From Octopus sinensis (lineage: Eukaryota): 64,000 nucleotides of DNA. The DNA lies in the NCBI RefSeq assembly GCF_006345805.1, contig NC_043006.1, positions 39,060,001 through 39,124,000 of the forward strand, in the 5' to 3' direction. A program made the translations under genes and the position numbers. Below the pieces are notes generated by a model, which saw only the letters and a program-made list of their open reading frames with translations, ran no database searches and was not told the DNA's origin. Below are positions 25,471 to 37,700 of this stretch, one piece after another (position 1 is the first letter of the stretch; each line of letters starts with the position of its first letter).

Positions 25471-25598
25471 ATGTCTTAAACATGAACACACACACACACA
25501 CATTTTAGTCAAATAAAAGTTAAGCTTACACAATGACCCCATCTGACATGTATATCCTTTTAGATATTTATGTAGAGAGGTACTGCTCATTTCAAATT

Positions 25599-26136
25599 TT
25601 AACCCTATCGTTACTGTATTTATTTTGAGATGCTCTATTTCCTTCAATTAATTTTAAACATAACAAAGAATTTAGTAAAATAACTTAATTATCATTCAGC
25701 TAGTGTTAGGAACATAAATTGTGACTAAGGTTTGGTGGAAGATTTTAATTCAAAACTTTTGAAAACAAGACATTTGTACTCAGAGCCAGAGACGATTTCT
25801 GCTGGGTTGGTATCAAAAGGGTTCAGAATTGTTTCTCTATTATATATTTTAACACTTTTGTTACCATATTTCTGTTGAGATGCTCTATGTTTCTTTCAAT
25901 TAATTTTAAATGTAACAAAGAATTTAGTAAAATAACTTAGTTATCATTCAGCTAGTGTTAGGAAAAATAAATTGTGACCAAGGTTTGGTGGAAGATTTTA
26001 ATTCAAAACTTGAAAACAAGACATTTGTACTCAGAGCCAGAGCTGGTTTCAGCCAGGTTGGTATCGAAAGGGTTAAGAATTGTTTCCCTCTCATATATTT
26101 TAACCTTTTTGTTACCATATTTCTGTTGAGATGCTA
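25599..26136. mobile_element. Tandem array (about 2.15 x 250 bp) of a second piggyBac-type MITE
   Basis: Units start TTAACCC/CAC..GTTAC at 25599, 25849 and 26100, and end GGTATCRAAAGGGTT(A/C)A. The spacer is duplicated too. Confidence 0.85.
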
Positions 26137-26274
26137 CCAAGACCTCACACGAGTAAAAAAGAGAGAGTCAGAGACAGACAGACAGAGAGAAACAAGGAAA
26201 ATATCCCTTGCATTTGGAAACTATGGAAATATTTTTTAAAAAACATTTCATTTAAGTTTTCCACAATTTAATTG

Positions 26275-26613
26275 TTTTTCATGCTTTGCTATAAGTTGAA
26301 AAAGTCGCAAAGACTGAAACCAGTACTAAAATGTTCTTCTTGATAAAATTATTTTAGCATTTTTTACCTTGTCTTATTTTCCTTATACATATCAACTCGT
26401 GCGTTCCTTTTCAACCTTCTACATATATATACCGGAGTAAACACATAAATGTGAAACAAGGTGGAAGAAAGAGTACTCAAATACCAGGGGGAGAGTAATA
26501 TGCTTTATCTAAAAGCAGCAGAAAATTCAACAAAACCTGTTACTCTGAGTTTCACATTCCCGTGAATGTGAAACTCAGAGTAACAGGTTTTGTTGAATTT
26601 TCTGCTGCTTTTA
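26275..26613. mobile_element. Penelope-like terminal fragments with hammerhead motifs and a perfect fold-back
   Basis: Hammerhead-like fold at 26294-26327; segments shared with 46830-46920 and 50690-50900; 50-bp perfect inverted repeat at 26510-26613. No RT or GIY-YIG ORF is visible, so PLE identity is inferred. Confidence 0.6.
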
Positions 26614-27334
26614 AATAAGTATATATATAGGAAGGGCATCCAGCCGTAGAAACACTGCCAGATCTGACTAGGCCTGTTGAAGCCTTCTGGCTTCACAGAC
26701 CCCAGTTGAACCGTCCAACCCATGCTAGCATGGAAAACGGATGCTAAACGATGATGATGATGATGATGATATACACATGCATATATAGAGCATATATAGT
26801 ACTGTTTGCTACTGGTGACAGTGCTAAAAGCGACTATACATAGAATTTTAACCTACATCTCAGTTTGGAGGAAACAAAAAAAATATATAAATAACAGAAT
26901 AAAATAAAAATGATAAATAGCCGATACCAACTCCTGTAATTCACACTGATTCAAAACGAAGAGCAAACAGAGCCTCCCCCATCGCACAGACATGCGATTA
27001 GCACATTCCCAATTATGTACACATTGCCAGAACATAAAATTTCGGAAAGACTTCATATCAAATAAAAAGAGAGGAATAGATTTACCTTTGTGAAAGGAAA
27101 ACGTGTGGCCTAACAATGTGTAAGCAGGGTTTTATGTTCTCAGCCAAATAAATGATTTATGCGAACCAGTTTCGAGTTTCGAGTTTCGGTTGACATTAGT
27201 CTATTTACCTTGCTAGCCGACTCCACCCCACCTGACTTAATACAAAATTATACTTTGCTATTTCCTATTTCCTCTGTAAACTTCTGCCATTGTCCCTTCG
27301 TAGCAATGGGAATCATAATTACCTGGAGTAGGGG

Positions 27335-27835
27335 TGAAGGTGGTGATGGTGGTGGTGGTGGTGGTTGTGGTGGTAGTGGTCGTGATGGTATTGGTGATGG
27401 TTGTGGTGGTTGTGGTGATGGTGGTGGTGGTTGTGGTGATGGTAGTAGTGGTGGTTGTGGTGATGGTGGTGGTGGTTGTGGTGATGGTAGTAGTGGTTGT
27501 GGTGGTGGTGGTGGTGGTTGTGGTGGTAGTGGTCGTGGTGGTGGTGATGGTGGTGGTGATGGTTGTGGTGGTTGTGGTGATGATGGTGGTGGTGGTTGTG
27601 GTGATGGTGGTGGTGGTGGTTGTAGTGGTGGTGGTGGTTGTGGTGATGGTAATGGTGGTTGTGGTGGTGGTGGTGGTGGTTGTGGTGGTGGTGGTGGTTG
27701 TGGTGATGGTGGTGGTGATGGTGGTGGTGGTGGTGATGATGGTGGTGGTGGTGGTGATGCTGCTGCTGCTGGTGGTGGTGATGGTGGTACTGGTGACATT
27801 GGTGACAATAAGAAGTGGTGGTGGTAGTGGTGGTA
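27335..27835. repeat. Degenerate (GGT)n tract
   Basis: Direct periodicity; source of the Gly-, Val-, Pro-, Thr- and His-rich ORFs. Confidence 0.92.
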
Positions 27836-28242
27836 CCAATATAATGGTGGGAATTTGAGTAAAAATGCATTTCAGATCAGAAGACATTTTGAGAGACATT
27901 TATTTGTTGTTGGGAGTAAATTTGTTACACATGGCTGCTCGTTAAATTGTATCATGTTTATATATGTGTGGCTAATGAGCAGGTGTAAATGAAGTTATAG
28001 ACATGTTTACATAGAGCTATTATCATCAACTCCATCTGGATATGTTACTCTCTCAAAAGGATTAAATTCTGTAATGTCAACAATAACCGCACCTAACAAA
28101 ACCAACAATGAGAAAGCCTGTTAACCCAGACAAAAATGACACAGGTACATTTAGGGTTAATTACAGGTACGGTCAGGTAGTAAATTAGCCAAGTTGACTG
28201 AATAGTAGAGAATAAGATAGCTTGCTATATTTGCTTAGTAGT

Positions 28243-28610
28243 AAGGTGGTGAGCCGGCAGAAATGTTAGCACACCGGGTGAAATGGTTAGCGGTATTTCG
28301 TCTGTCTTAACGTTCTGAGTTCAAATTCCGCCGTGGTCGACTTTGCCTTTCATCCTTTCAGGTTCGATAAATTAAGTTCCAGTTGCATATTGAGGTCAAT
28401 CTAATCTTCTGGTCCCCACCCCAAAATTTCAGGCCTTGTGCCAAGAGGAGAAAAGAATAATTTAGAATTCTGAGGCGGTGAATTGGCAGAAACGTTAGCA
28501 CACTGGGCGAAATACTCAACGGTATTTTATCCGTCCTTATGTTCTGAGTTCAAACTCCACCAAGGTCAACTTTGCGTTTCATCTTTTCGAGGTTGATAAA
28601 TTAAGTATTA
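28243..28610 (+). mobile_element. Two head-to-tail Meta-like SINEs
   Basis: Two heads GGYGRYGA.YYGGCAGAAAYGTTAGCAC, each with a GAGTTCAAA B box and the Meta-like core. Confidence 0.8.
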
Positions 28611-29136
28611 ATGAGCCAGGGGATTTGTCTAGGAGTTAAGTCCCTTGGTTAGGTATGTTGTGATGCCAGCAAGAAGCTTGTTGTGTGTCTATATATATAT
28701 ATAATATATATATATACATATATATATAGACACACAATAAGCTTCCATCTAGAAGATTCACTTATAAGGCATTGGTGGTCATCCTGTGGCTATAGTAGAA
28801 AACACTTCCAACACAGTGACATTGACCCTGAAACTATAAGATTGCAAAACAAGTGCCTTAACCACACAGCCATCCCATGTCTCATGTGCTGATAAAAATG
28901 AAAATGAGGAGTGTGAAAATATGTGGCACATACACTGTGTGCGTGCGTGCGTGCGTGTGTGTGATTATGTAAATTTGATGACAGCAGATGCATGGAGCTG
29001 TTGTTGCATATTAAAATGAAGAACGCCACAATTAGCAGATCGACAGAATGATGTAAATCTTGCAGTTTAGCAAACTGTTATCATAACATGAAGTGCATCA
29101 ATGAAGGGAACTTCACAGCTGTTTGATAATCCACAT

Positions 29137-29897
29137 AGGTGCAGGTGTGGCTGTGCTGTAAGAAGCTTGCTTCCCAAACCACAGGGTTCCAGGTTCAGTC
29201 CTACTGTGTGGCACCTTGAGCAAGCATTTTCTACTATAGACTTGCATTGACTAAAGCCTTGTGAGTGGATTTGATAGACGGAGACTGAAAGAAGCTTACC
29301 ATACAGATGTGTGTGCCTTTGAGTCTTTGTTTGCCTCCCTCCACTGTTTGACAACCGGTGTTTGTATATTTACATCCCCATAACTTAGCAGTCCAGCCAA
29401 AGGAACTATAGAATAAGTGCTAGACTTTAAAATCAAACTGGGATCAATTCATGCAGCCCAAAATTCTCAAGGTGGTACTCCAGCATGGCCACAGTCTAAT
29501 GACTAATACAAGTAAAGACAACAGATGAAAGATATATACATATACACAGGCGCAGGTGTGGCTGTGTGTTAAGAAGCTTGCTTCCCAACCACAAGGCAAG
29601 TGTCTTCTATTATAGCCTTGAGCCAACCAAAGCCTCGTGGGTGGATTTGGTGAATGGAAACTGAAAGAAGCCCATCGTAAATATATATGCTTGTGTGTTT
29701 GTGTTTGTCCCCCACCCCTACCATCACTTGATAACTGATGTTGGTGTGTTTACATCCCCATAACTTAACAGTTCAGCTTAAGAGACTGATAGAATATGTA
29801 CTAGGCTTACAAAGAATAAGTTCTGAGGGGCAATTCTTTCAACTAAAGGCTAGTGCTCCAGCATGGTCACAGTCAAATGACTGAAACCAGTAAAAGA

Positions 29898-29900
<3 letters not shown>
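29137..29900 (+). mobile_element. Two consecutive CORE-like SINEs
   Basis: Heads GGTGCAGGTGTGGCTGTG (29137) and GGCGCAGGTGTGGCTGTG (29549), each with a tail ending GTAAAAGA or GTAAAGA. Confidence 0.8.
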
Positions 29901-29949
<49 letters not shown>

Positions 29950-30629
29950 ACACATATGCACACACACGTATATATATGTAGTTATGTGAGTGTATCAGTG
30001 TTCATCTCTCCAACCCACTGTTTGTAAATTAGTGTAGGTTTGTTTATGTCCTTGTAACCTTAGCAGTTCAGCAAATAACGATTGGGAGAATCTGCTCAAC
30101 TAAATACCCTTCGAGGCTGTCTGTGCCCCAGCATGGCCGCTGTCCAATGACTAGAACAGGTAAAGTGTAAACAGATGAAATTTTGTATACAGGTGAACTA
30201 TTTGTCTACTCGTATTTTATGCCATTACCAAACATGCTAGAAACAGCAACCAAATATCAATCCCGTTGAACTCCAGAGAAGGTCATAGTTGGAATGCTAT
30301 TGATGAATGATCTATTCAATCAACACTGACCTGGAGCTAAATGACAACAACAGCAACACAGTACCAATCACATGATGGTACAAATTAACCACCTAATCCA
30401 GATTAATCTAACAATTTTCCTGATTTGAAGCTTTAACAGGATTAAAGGTCACCGGTAAGAGGAGATAACAGAAGTGGTTGACTTATGATTGTTTTAGCTA
30501 TCACTGTTAATTAATTAATTACTTAGTTAATTAACCATAAGAGAGTTTCATAGTATCACAGCAAGCAGTAAAGCTTCATGCGAGATTAGCTTGAGTCAGG
30601 TGGTTTCTGAAAGGATTCCTCTTTTTTTT

Positions 30630-31480
30630 TTTATACTTTTATTTGTTTCAGTTATTGGACTGTGGCTATGCTGGAGCACTGCCTCACAAGGCTGGTTGAA
30701 TATATCTAACCTGATATTAATTCTATTGGTCTCTTTTGCTGAACTGCTTATTTACAGGAATGTAAACAAACTAACACTGGCTGACAAGCAAACAGAAGAC
30801 TAACACAATAAAGACACACACACACACACACACACACACACGTATATATAGATTTTTTTTGTTTTATTTGTTTCAGTCATTTGACTGCGGCCATGCTGGA
30901 GGACCACCCTTTACTCAATGTAATTCACCACAAGGCTTATTCTTTCTAAGCCCAGTACTTATCCTGTCGGTCTCCTTTGCCAAATCGCTAAGTTACAGGG
31001 ACGTAAACACACCAACATCAGTTGTCAAGCAATGGTGGAGGGACAAACACAGACACACAAACACACACACACACACATATACATGACAGGTTTTTTTCAG
31101 TTTCCATCTACCAAATCCACTCACAAGGCTTTGGTCAGCCCAAGGCAATTGTAGAAGACACTTGCCCAAGGTGCCATGCAGTAGGACTGAACCCAGAACC
31201 ATGTGGCTGGTAAGCAAGCTACTTAATATACATATATATATATAAATATATATGCATATACATACATGCATACATACATATAGACATATATATTTATATA
31301 TATATATATATAGACATGAAAGGATTCCATCCAGTTTCCATCTACAAAATTCGATTGGTTAGACAATCAGTTAGTCTGGGGCGATAGTAGAATAAGTCAC
31401 TTCCTCAGGGTGCTGTGCAGTAGGATTGAACCCCCAAACCACATGGTCACAAAATGAGCTTCTTAACCACAAAACCACGA
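30630..31480 (-). mobile_element. Three CORE-like SINE copies or fragments on the minus strand
   Basis: 3' half at about 30630-30830, full copy at about 30860-31225, 5' half at about 31320-31480. Confidence 0.75.
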
Positions 31481-31879
31481 CCATTCCTGATTCTGTTTTT
31501 AATTCATTTACATCAGTAGTTTCCCTGGAAAAGGCATGAATGCCTCATCTTCCTTTTCTCCGACGACTAACAACATTCTCTGACACTATAGCTTGCAGAG
31601 AAACAATTACCTCAGTAATTAATATTAATGGCGGACACCATAGAGAAGAGGTTAGATAGTTAATCAATGCTTTGGACACATGTGGGAATGCTAACCTGGC
31701 GTGTTTGGCATGAGCTGATGTTAAAGTACGTGTCATGCATACACATGTACGTATATTCACACACACACACACATTCATGCACAACATATATATACACAGC
31801 TACCTACCAAGCTTCTTGCATATGCATATACATATACAAACACCAAATACCACACATGTCAGGTCAGCTTCTTTTGCAC

Positions 31880-32480
31880 ACACCGTACACACACACACAT
31901 GCATAACTACAGCTTTATACACATACAAATATACGCATACATACATACATACATACATACATACATACATACATACATACATACATACATACATACATAC
32001 ATACATTCACATATATATATACTTAACTACAACTTTCAGCACACGCAAACATACAGCTACATACATTCATATATGCAGAGACGGGTATGCACGCCCACAA
32101 ACACACACACACACATGCTTAACTACAGCTTTATACACATACAAATATATGCATACATACATTCACATATGCAGACAGATACATATATATACACACACAC
32201 TTAACTACAACTTTAGGCACACACGATCATATAGATACATACATTCACATATGCAAACACGCACACACACACACACAGACACATACATACACACATAACT
32301 ACAGGTTTATACACATACAAATATATGCATACATACATACATACATACATACATACATACATACATTCACATATGCAGACAGACAGACACACACATACAC
32401 ACTGAACTAGAACTATAAGCACACACAAACATATACATACATACATTCACATATGCAGACACAAACACACACGCATATAC
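31880..32480. repeat. Composite minisatellite (ACACATGCTTAACTACAGCTTTATACACATACAAATAT(ACAT)n units)
   Basis: The AACTACAG/AACTACAA anchor recurs about six times, embedded in (ACAT)n and (CA)n. Confidence 0.75.
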
Positions 32481-32734
32481 ATATATACACATATGCCAAC
32501 AGATAGAAACACACTCACACACACACAACTACAGCTTCATACATACACAAATGTACATATGGTAGCTGCGTAGTAAGAAGCCTGCTTCCCAACCACATGG
32601 TTCCAGGTTCAGTCCCACTGCATGGTACCTTGGACAAATGTCTTGTACAATAGCATCAAGACTGCCAAACACTTGTGAGTGGATTTAGTAGACAGAAACT
32701 GAAAGAAGCCTGCTGTGTGTGTGTATATATATCA

Positions 32735-32982
32735 TCATCATATATATATATATGTTTCTTTACTACCCACAAAGGGCTAAACATAGAGGGGACAAACAAG
32801 GACAGACAAACGGATTAAGTCGATTACATCGACCCCAGTGCGTAACTGGTACTTAATTTCGACCCCGAAAGGATGAAAGGCAAAGTCGACTCGGCGGAAT
32901 TTGAACTCAGAACGCAACGACAGACGCAATACCGCTAAGCATTTCGCCCGGTGTGCTAACGTTTCTGCCAGCTCGCCGCCTT
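32735..32982 (-). mobile_element. Full-length Meta-like SINE (subfamily A), young
   Basis: CpG-rich reverse-complement copy of 8496-8728. Confidence 0.9.
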
Positions 32983-33014
32983 ATATATATATATAGGTTC
33001 AGGCATAGCTGCAG

Positions 33015-33605
33015 CACAGGTGTGGCTGTGTGGTAAGAAACTTGCTTCCCGACCACATGGACTGGGTTCAGTCTTTGGGCAAGTGTCTTCTACTATAGCC
33101 TCAGTCTAATCAAGGCCTTGTGAGTGGATTTGGTAGATGGTAACTGAAAGAAACCTGTTGTATTTATATATCTATCTATCTATATATATATATATATATA
33201 TATGTATGACTTATTTGTTTAAGTGTGTCTGAGTGTATTCTTCCACCATCACTTTACAACCTGTGTTGGTGTGTTTACCTCCTCGTAGACTTAGCAGTTC
33301 AACAAAAGAGACCGATAGAATACGTACTAGGCTTACAACGAATAAATCTGGGGGTTGCATGGATCAGAGTTCACTGTGGCAGATTGTGTGTGCGCGCACG
33401 CGCATGGATGTCCATCCTTGTCCCCCACCACAGCTTGGCAACAGGTGTTGGTTATTGCATGTCCCCATAAGCAAAACAGACCAATAATACACAAGGCTTA
33501 AAAAAAAAAATAACAATTACAGGAGTTCATTCATTTGACTTAAAATCCTTCAAGGTGGTGCCCCAGCGTGGCCTCAGTCTAATGACACTGAAACCAGTCA
33601 AAGGT
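33015..33605 (+). mobile_element. CORE-like SINE with internally duplicated 3' part
   Basis: tRNA head at 33015, core, then two copies of the GGTGT(T)G..TT.ACATCCCC.TAACTTAG segment. Confidence 0.65.
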
Positions 33606-34401
33606 AACAGGTAAAAAAAAATACCCACCTTCCTACCTATGATACTTCATACAAGCCTACCTCTCTACAAATATGCTCAATGCTTCAGACTTTAATAAAA
33701 AAAGAACTACCTGTTCAGTTTTACATACACACATACACACACAACTACCCCAGTTCTCAGATCTGAAGCAGACTACACACACACACACACACACACAACC
33801 ATCACACAGCTATTCATGAAATAGAAGAGGGGTGGATAGGTGGAAGTTTCTCAGTGTTCCAAATCTATTGTTGTAAATACCTCAACCGCATCCCCCCCCA
33901 CTTATTCCCCACCCTATGTCATTAATCTGATTACAATGGATTATCATGCTGTGCTTGGATTAACTGCAGATCTGCAGATACACTGTGGTAGATATTGTAG
34001 TAAATATATAAATTTATAAATTCACATACATATTCATACATACATACATACATACATACATACATACATACATACATACATACATACATACAAACATACA
34101 TACATACATATATATATATACACACACACATGTATATAGAATACAGTTAGACATTATGTTACATATATATGTTTGTATACTAGTCTTTCTCTTTATATCT
34201 ACATACATACACACATATATACACATATATATGTATATGCATACACACATATATATACATATGTATATAAATACATACACACATATATATGTATCTATAT
34301 AAATACATACACATACATATATATATTACATTTTTGTATGAGAACAAAAAAAACTTCATGTGTCTAAGTGTGTGTGTTTGTATATATATATATATATATA
34401 T

Positions 34402-34449
<48 letters not shown>

Positions 34450-34689
34450 GTGTGTATATGTATATGCCTATGTTTGTGTGTGTGAGTCAGTGAGCATTTG
34501 TTTTTATGTATGTGTAAGCGTTTTCCTTCATCTTACTGACCCATTTGCAAACCTACCTTCTTATTCACCTAGAAAAATAACACATTACTCACTCATGCCC
34601 CACTTATTGCATTCATCAACACTAATTAACACACTAACGAGAACCGTGTTACCATATTATACTTCCAATTCTAATAATGGTTTCAGATT

Positions 34690-35224
34690 TCAGTACAATG
34701 CCAGCAACTTCAGTGATGGGGGCTAGTCGATTACATCAACCCCAGTGCATAACTGTTACTTATTAAATACCCCCCGAAACAATAAAAACAAAGATGGCCT
34801 TGGTGGAACTTGAACTCAGAATGTTAAGCCGGATGAAAAGCAGCAAAGCATCTTGCCAAACGAGTCTGCCAACTTGCTGCCTTACTCTCAACTCTAATAA
34901 TCCTTTCTATTACAGGGACAAATCTTGAAATTTTTGAGGAGGGGACTAGTCAATTACACTGACCCCAGTGCATAACTTGTACTTATTTTATTGACCCCGA
35001 AAGAACGAAAGGTAAAGTTGGTCTCAGTGGAATTTGAACTCGGAATGTAAACATGAGCAAAATGTCACTAAGCATTTTGGCCAGCATGCTACCAATTCTG
35101 CCAGTTCACAGCTTTATTTCCATTCTCTTTTAAACTCTTGGAATTTGAACTCAGAATGTGCAAATGGATGAAATGACCTTAAGCATTTTGCTCAGTGTGC
35201 TAATGACTCTGCCAGACTGCTGCC

Positions 35225-35259
<35 letters not shown>

Positions 35260-36345
35260 TAATTCTTTTTATTGGCCACAAGGGCTAATGTAAATCAAAA
35301 CATTAAGGGACAACACAAGATGATATACAATGGGTTTTGAAAAAAAAAAACCGTGGAGTAAACATTTCATAAAAACAATAACAATATAACAAGTAAAAAC
35401 TCCCAATAGGGGGAGGCACTTTGAAGGTTTACTCACAGAAAAAAGCCATAAAAGCCATGGGTGCCTGGTCAACAGGGCAAGAGCCCTTTCTAATAATAAT
35501 AATAATAGCAATTATTTCTACTATACTCATTACTCTTTTACTCTCTCATTTACTTGTTTCAGTTGTTTGACTGCGGCCATGCTGGAGCACCGCCTTAAGT
35601 CGAGCAAATTGACCCCAGGACTTATCCTCAAAGGAAGCTTAATACTTGTTTTATCAGTCACTTTTGCCGAACTGCTAAGTTACAGGGACGTAAACACACC
35701 AGCATCGATTGTCAAGCGATGTTGAAGGGACAAACACAGACACACACACACATACAGTTTCCTTCTACTAAATCCACTCACAAGGCTTTGCTCGACCCGA
35801 AGCTATTGTAGAATAAACTTACCCAAGGTGCCACGCAGTGGGACTGAGCCCAGAACCATGTGGTTAGTAAGCAAGCTACTTACCACTCAGCCACTCCTGC
35901 GCCTATAGGCACAAAGCCTTGAAAATTTTTTGAGGAAGGAGGCTAGTCAATTATGTCAACTCCAACACATAACTGGTACTTATTTTATGGCCCCTGAAAG
36001 GATGAAAAGCAATGTCAATCTCAGTGGAATTTGAACTCAGAACTTAGTGGCAGACGAAATATCACTAAGCATTTCACCCGGCATGCTAATAATTCTGCCA
36101 GCTCACTGTCTTACCCTCAATTCTAATAACCCTGGTACAAAGCCTGATATTTTTGAGGAGGGGACTGGTCGATTACATCGACCTCAGAGCATAACTGGTA
36201 GTTATTTCATTGGCCTCACAAGGATGAAAGGCAAAGTTGACCTCAGCAAAATTTGAACTCAGAATGTAAAGACGGATGTAATGCCGCTAAATATTTTGTC
36301 AAGCATGCTAACAATTCTGCCAGCTCACAGCCTTATCCCTGATTC
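34690..36345 (-). mobile_element. Stack of at least five Meta-like SINE (subfamily B) copies plus one CORE-like SINE (35530-35905), all on minus
   Basis: GGAATTTGAACTCAGAA (B-box region) recurs at about 34806, 35030, 35141, 36027 and 36250. Confidence 0.8.
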
Positions 36346-36454
36346 TAATAATGAGAGAACTTATTTGTGGCTAGAAATAGCAGTCTCCACTTAGGCTCAT
36401 TGGAAAGTGTACACTATCACTCCAAATATATGGAAAAGCCTGTGTTGGAAGGCC

Positions 36455-37415
36455 TTTGTAGGTGTACTTCATCTGGTCTGACCCGGGGTTAAACCAGCAC
36501 CTCATCAGTTATAATGACAAGGGTTCCGGTCAATCCGATCAACAGAACAGCTTGCTAGTGAAATTAATGTGCAAGTGGCAGAGTATTCCACAGACTCACG
36601 TACCCATAACCTTTTGTGGGCCGGTGGGGCCTCTTGGGACCCCAGAAAATTTTAAAAGTTATGCAAATTTACATTTTTTATTTAAATGATTTTATATCTT
36701 ATGACTTTTATTGTCAATAGTTTATGTATGCACATACAAATGTTGAGTTTAAAATTTCCTGTCATATGGATGTTATAGCATAAAATATGGCCATCGGGGT
36801 CCAACAGGATGCCATTGGTTTTCTCTGAAATTATTTTTTCTGTTCTTTTTCAGATATTCTGATGACCTATAAATCAATTTTCTTTGTATTTGTACTGGTA
36901 TGAATCGATATACCAAATAATTTTCTCTTATTTTATATTTAGTGCTATATGTATAGTTTTTAAAACTATAAAAAATGTTGATTTCTTTCAATAAAGGTTT
37001 CTTTCAGTCAATAAATTATATTTTAATTCCCTTCCATCAAACGATAATAATTACAAATATATACCAATAAAGAGCTAAATTTCTTGTTCTGTATCATGTC
37101 CTCACACATATATACAAGATTAAACAAATATTACTTTATGGATAGTGCAGAAATGTGCAAAAATGAAAGGAGATCCCAATGGCCATTTGTGTAATTCCAA
37201 CCCTGTCAGCCCACGAAGGTTAACGTAATTCTCAGGGAGATTGGGTATGACAAAGAATGTGACAAGATTGGTTCTTTGAAATACAAGTCCTACTCATAAA
37301 TTTCCAGCTGAGTGGACTGGAGCAATGTGAAATAAAGTGTCTTGCTCAAGGACACAACACACTACCGGGAATTGAACTCACAACTTTACAGTCATGAGCT
37401 CAACACCCTAACATG
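36455..37415 (-). mobile_element. V/CORE-like SINE split by a DNA transposon insertion
   Basis: The head and core (AAAGTGTCTTGCTCAAGGACACAAC) lie at about 37224-37415; the continuation lies at about 36455-36605. Confidence 0.65.
36606..37223. mobile_element. piggyBac-type non-autonomous element (~620 bp)
   Basis: Left (A)TAACCTTTTGTGGGCCGGTGGGG and right CCCTGTCAGCCCACGAAGG-TTAA are imperfect TIRs with a TTAA-type TSD. Confidence 0.65.
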
Positions 37416-37494
37416 CCTTTAGCCTGGGTTAAACAACACCTGTATGAAGGCCAACAAAAAATAGCCATACAAAAAATAGCCATAACTCTTCATA

Positions 37495-37700
37495 TTACCC
37501 TGTCAAATGTAAAGCTTATTTATTCACGTTGTCTTGAATTAATCAGGGATTATCTCAACTTCAAAATTTCAATAATACGATTATTTATTTTTAGAATGAC
37601 ATTGTAGGGTAGGTGTGAGAAGTTTGATCAGGCCAGTATGAACATAAAACAGGTAAAATATCTAGGCTGGATGTAGCCAGTTTAAATGCTTAGGGGTTAA
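37495..37700. mobile_element. piggyBac-type MITE (family of 23116-23326), 5'-eroded
   Basis: Internal match to 23116-23326; ends TTTAAATGCTTAGGGG-TTAA. Confidence 0.7.

Noticed and set aside
27159-27899. Gly-rich, Pro-rich, poly-His and poly-Thr ORFs
   Set aside because: All arise from one (GGT)n tract read in five frames, with no unique coding flanks.
31611-31714. Possible 104-bp minus-strand exon (AG...GAG|GTAATT)
   Set aside because: The acceptor lacks a polypyrimidine tract and the peptide is unrecognisable. TAAT-rich content fits non-coding DNA.
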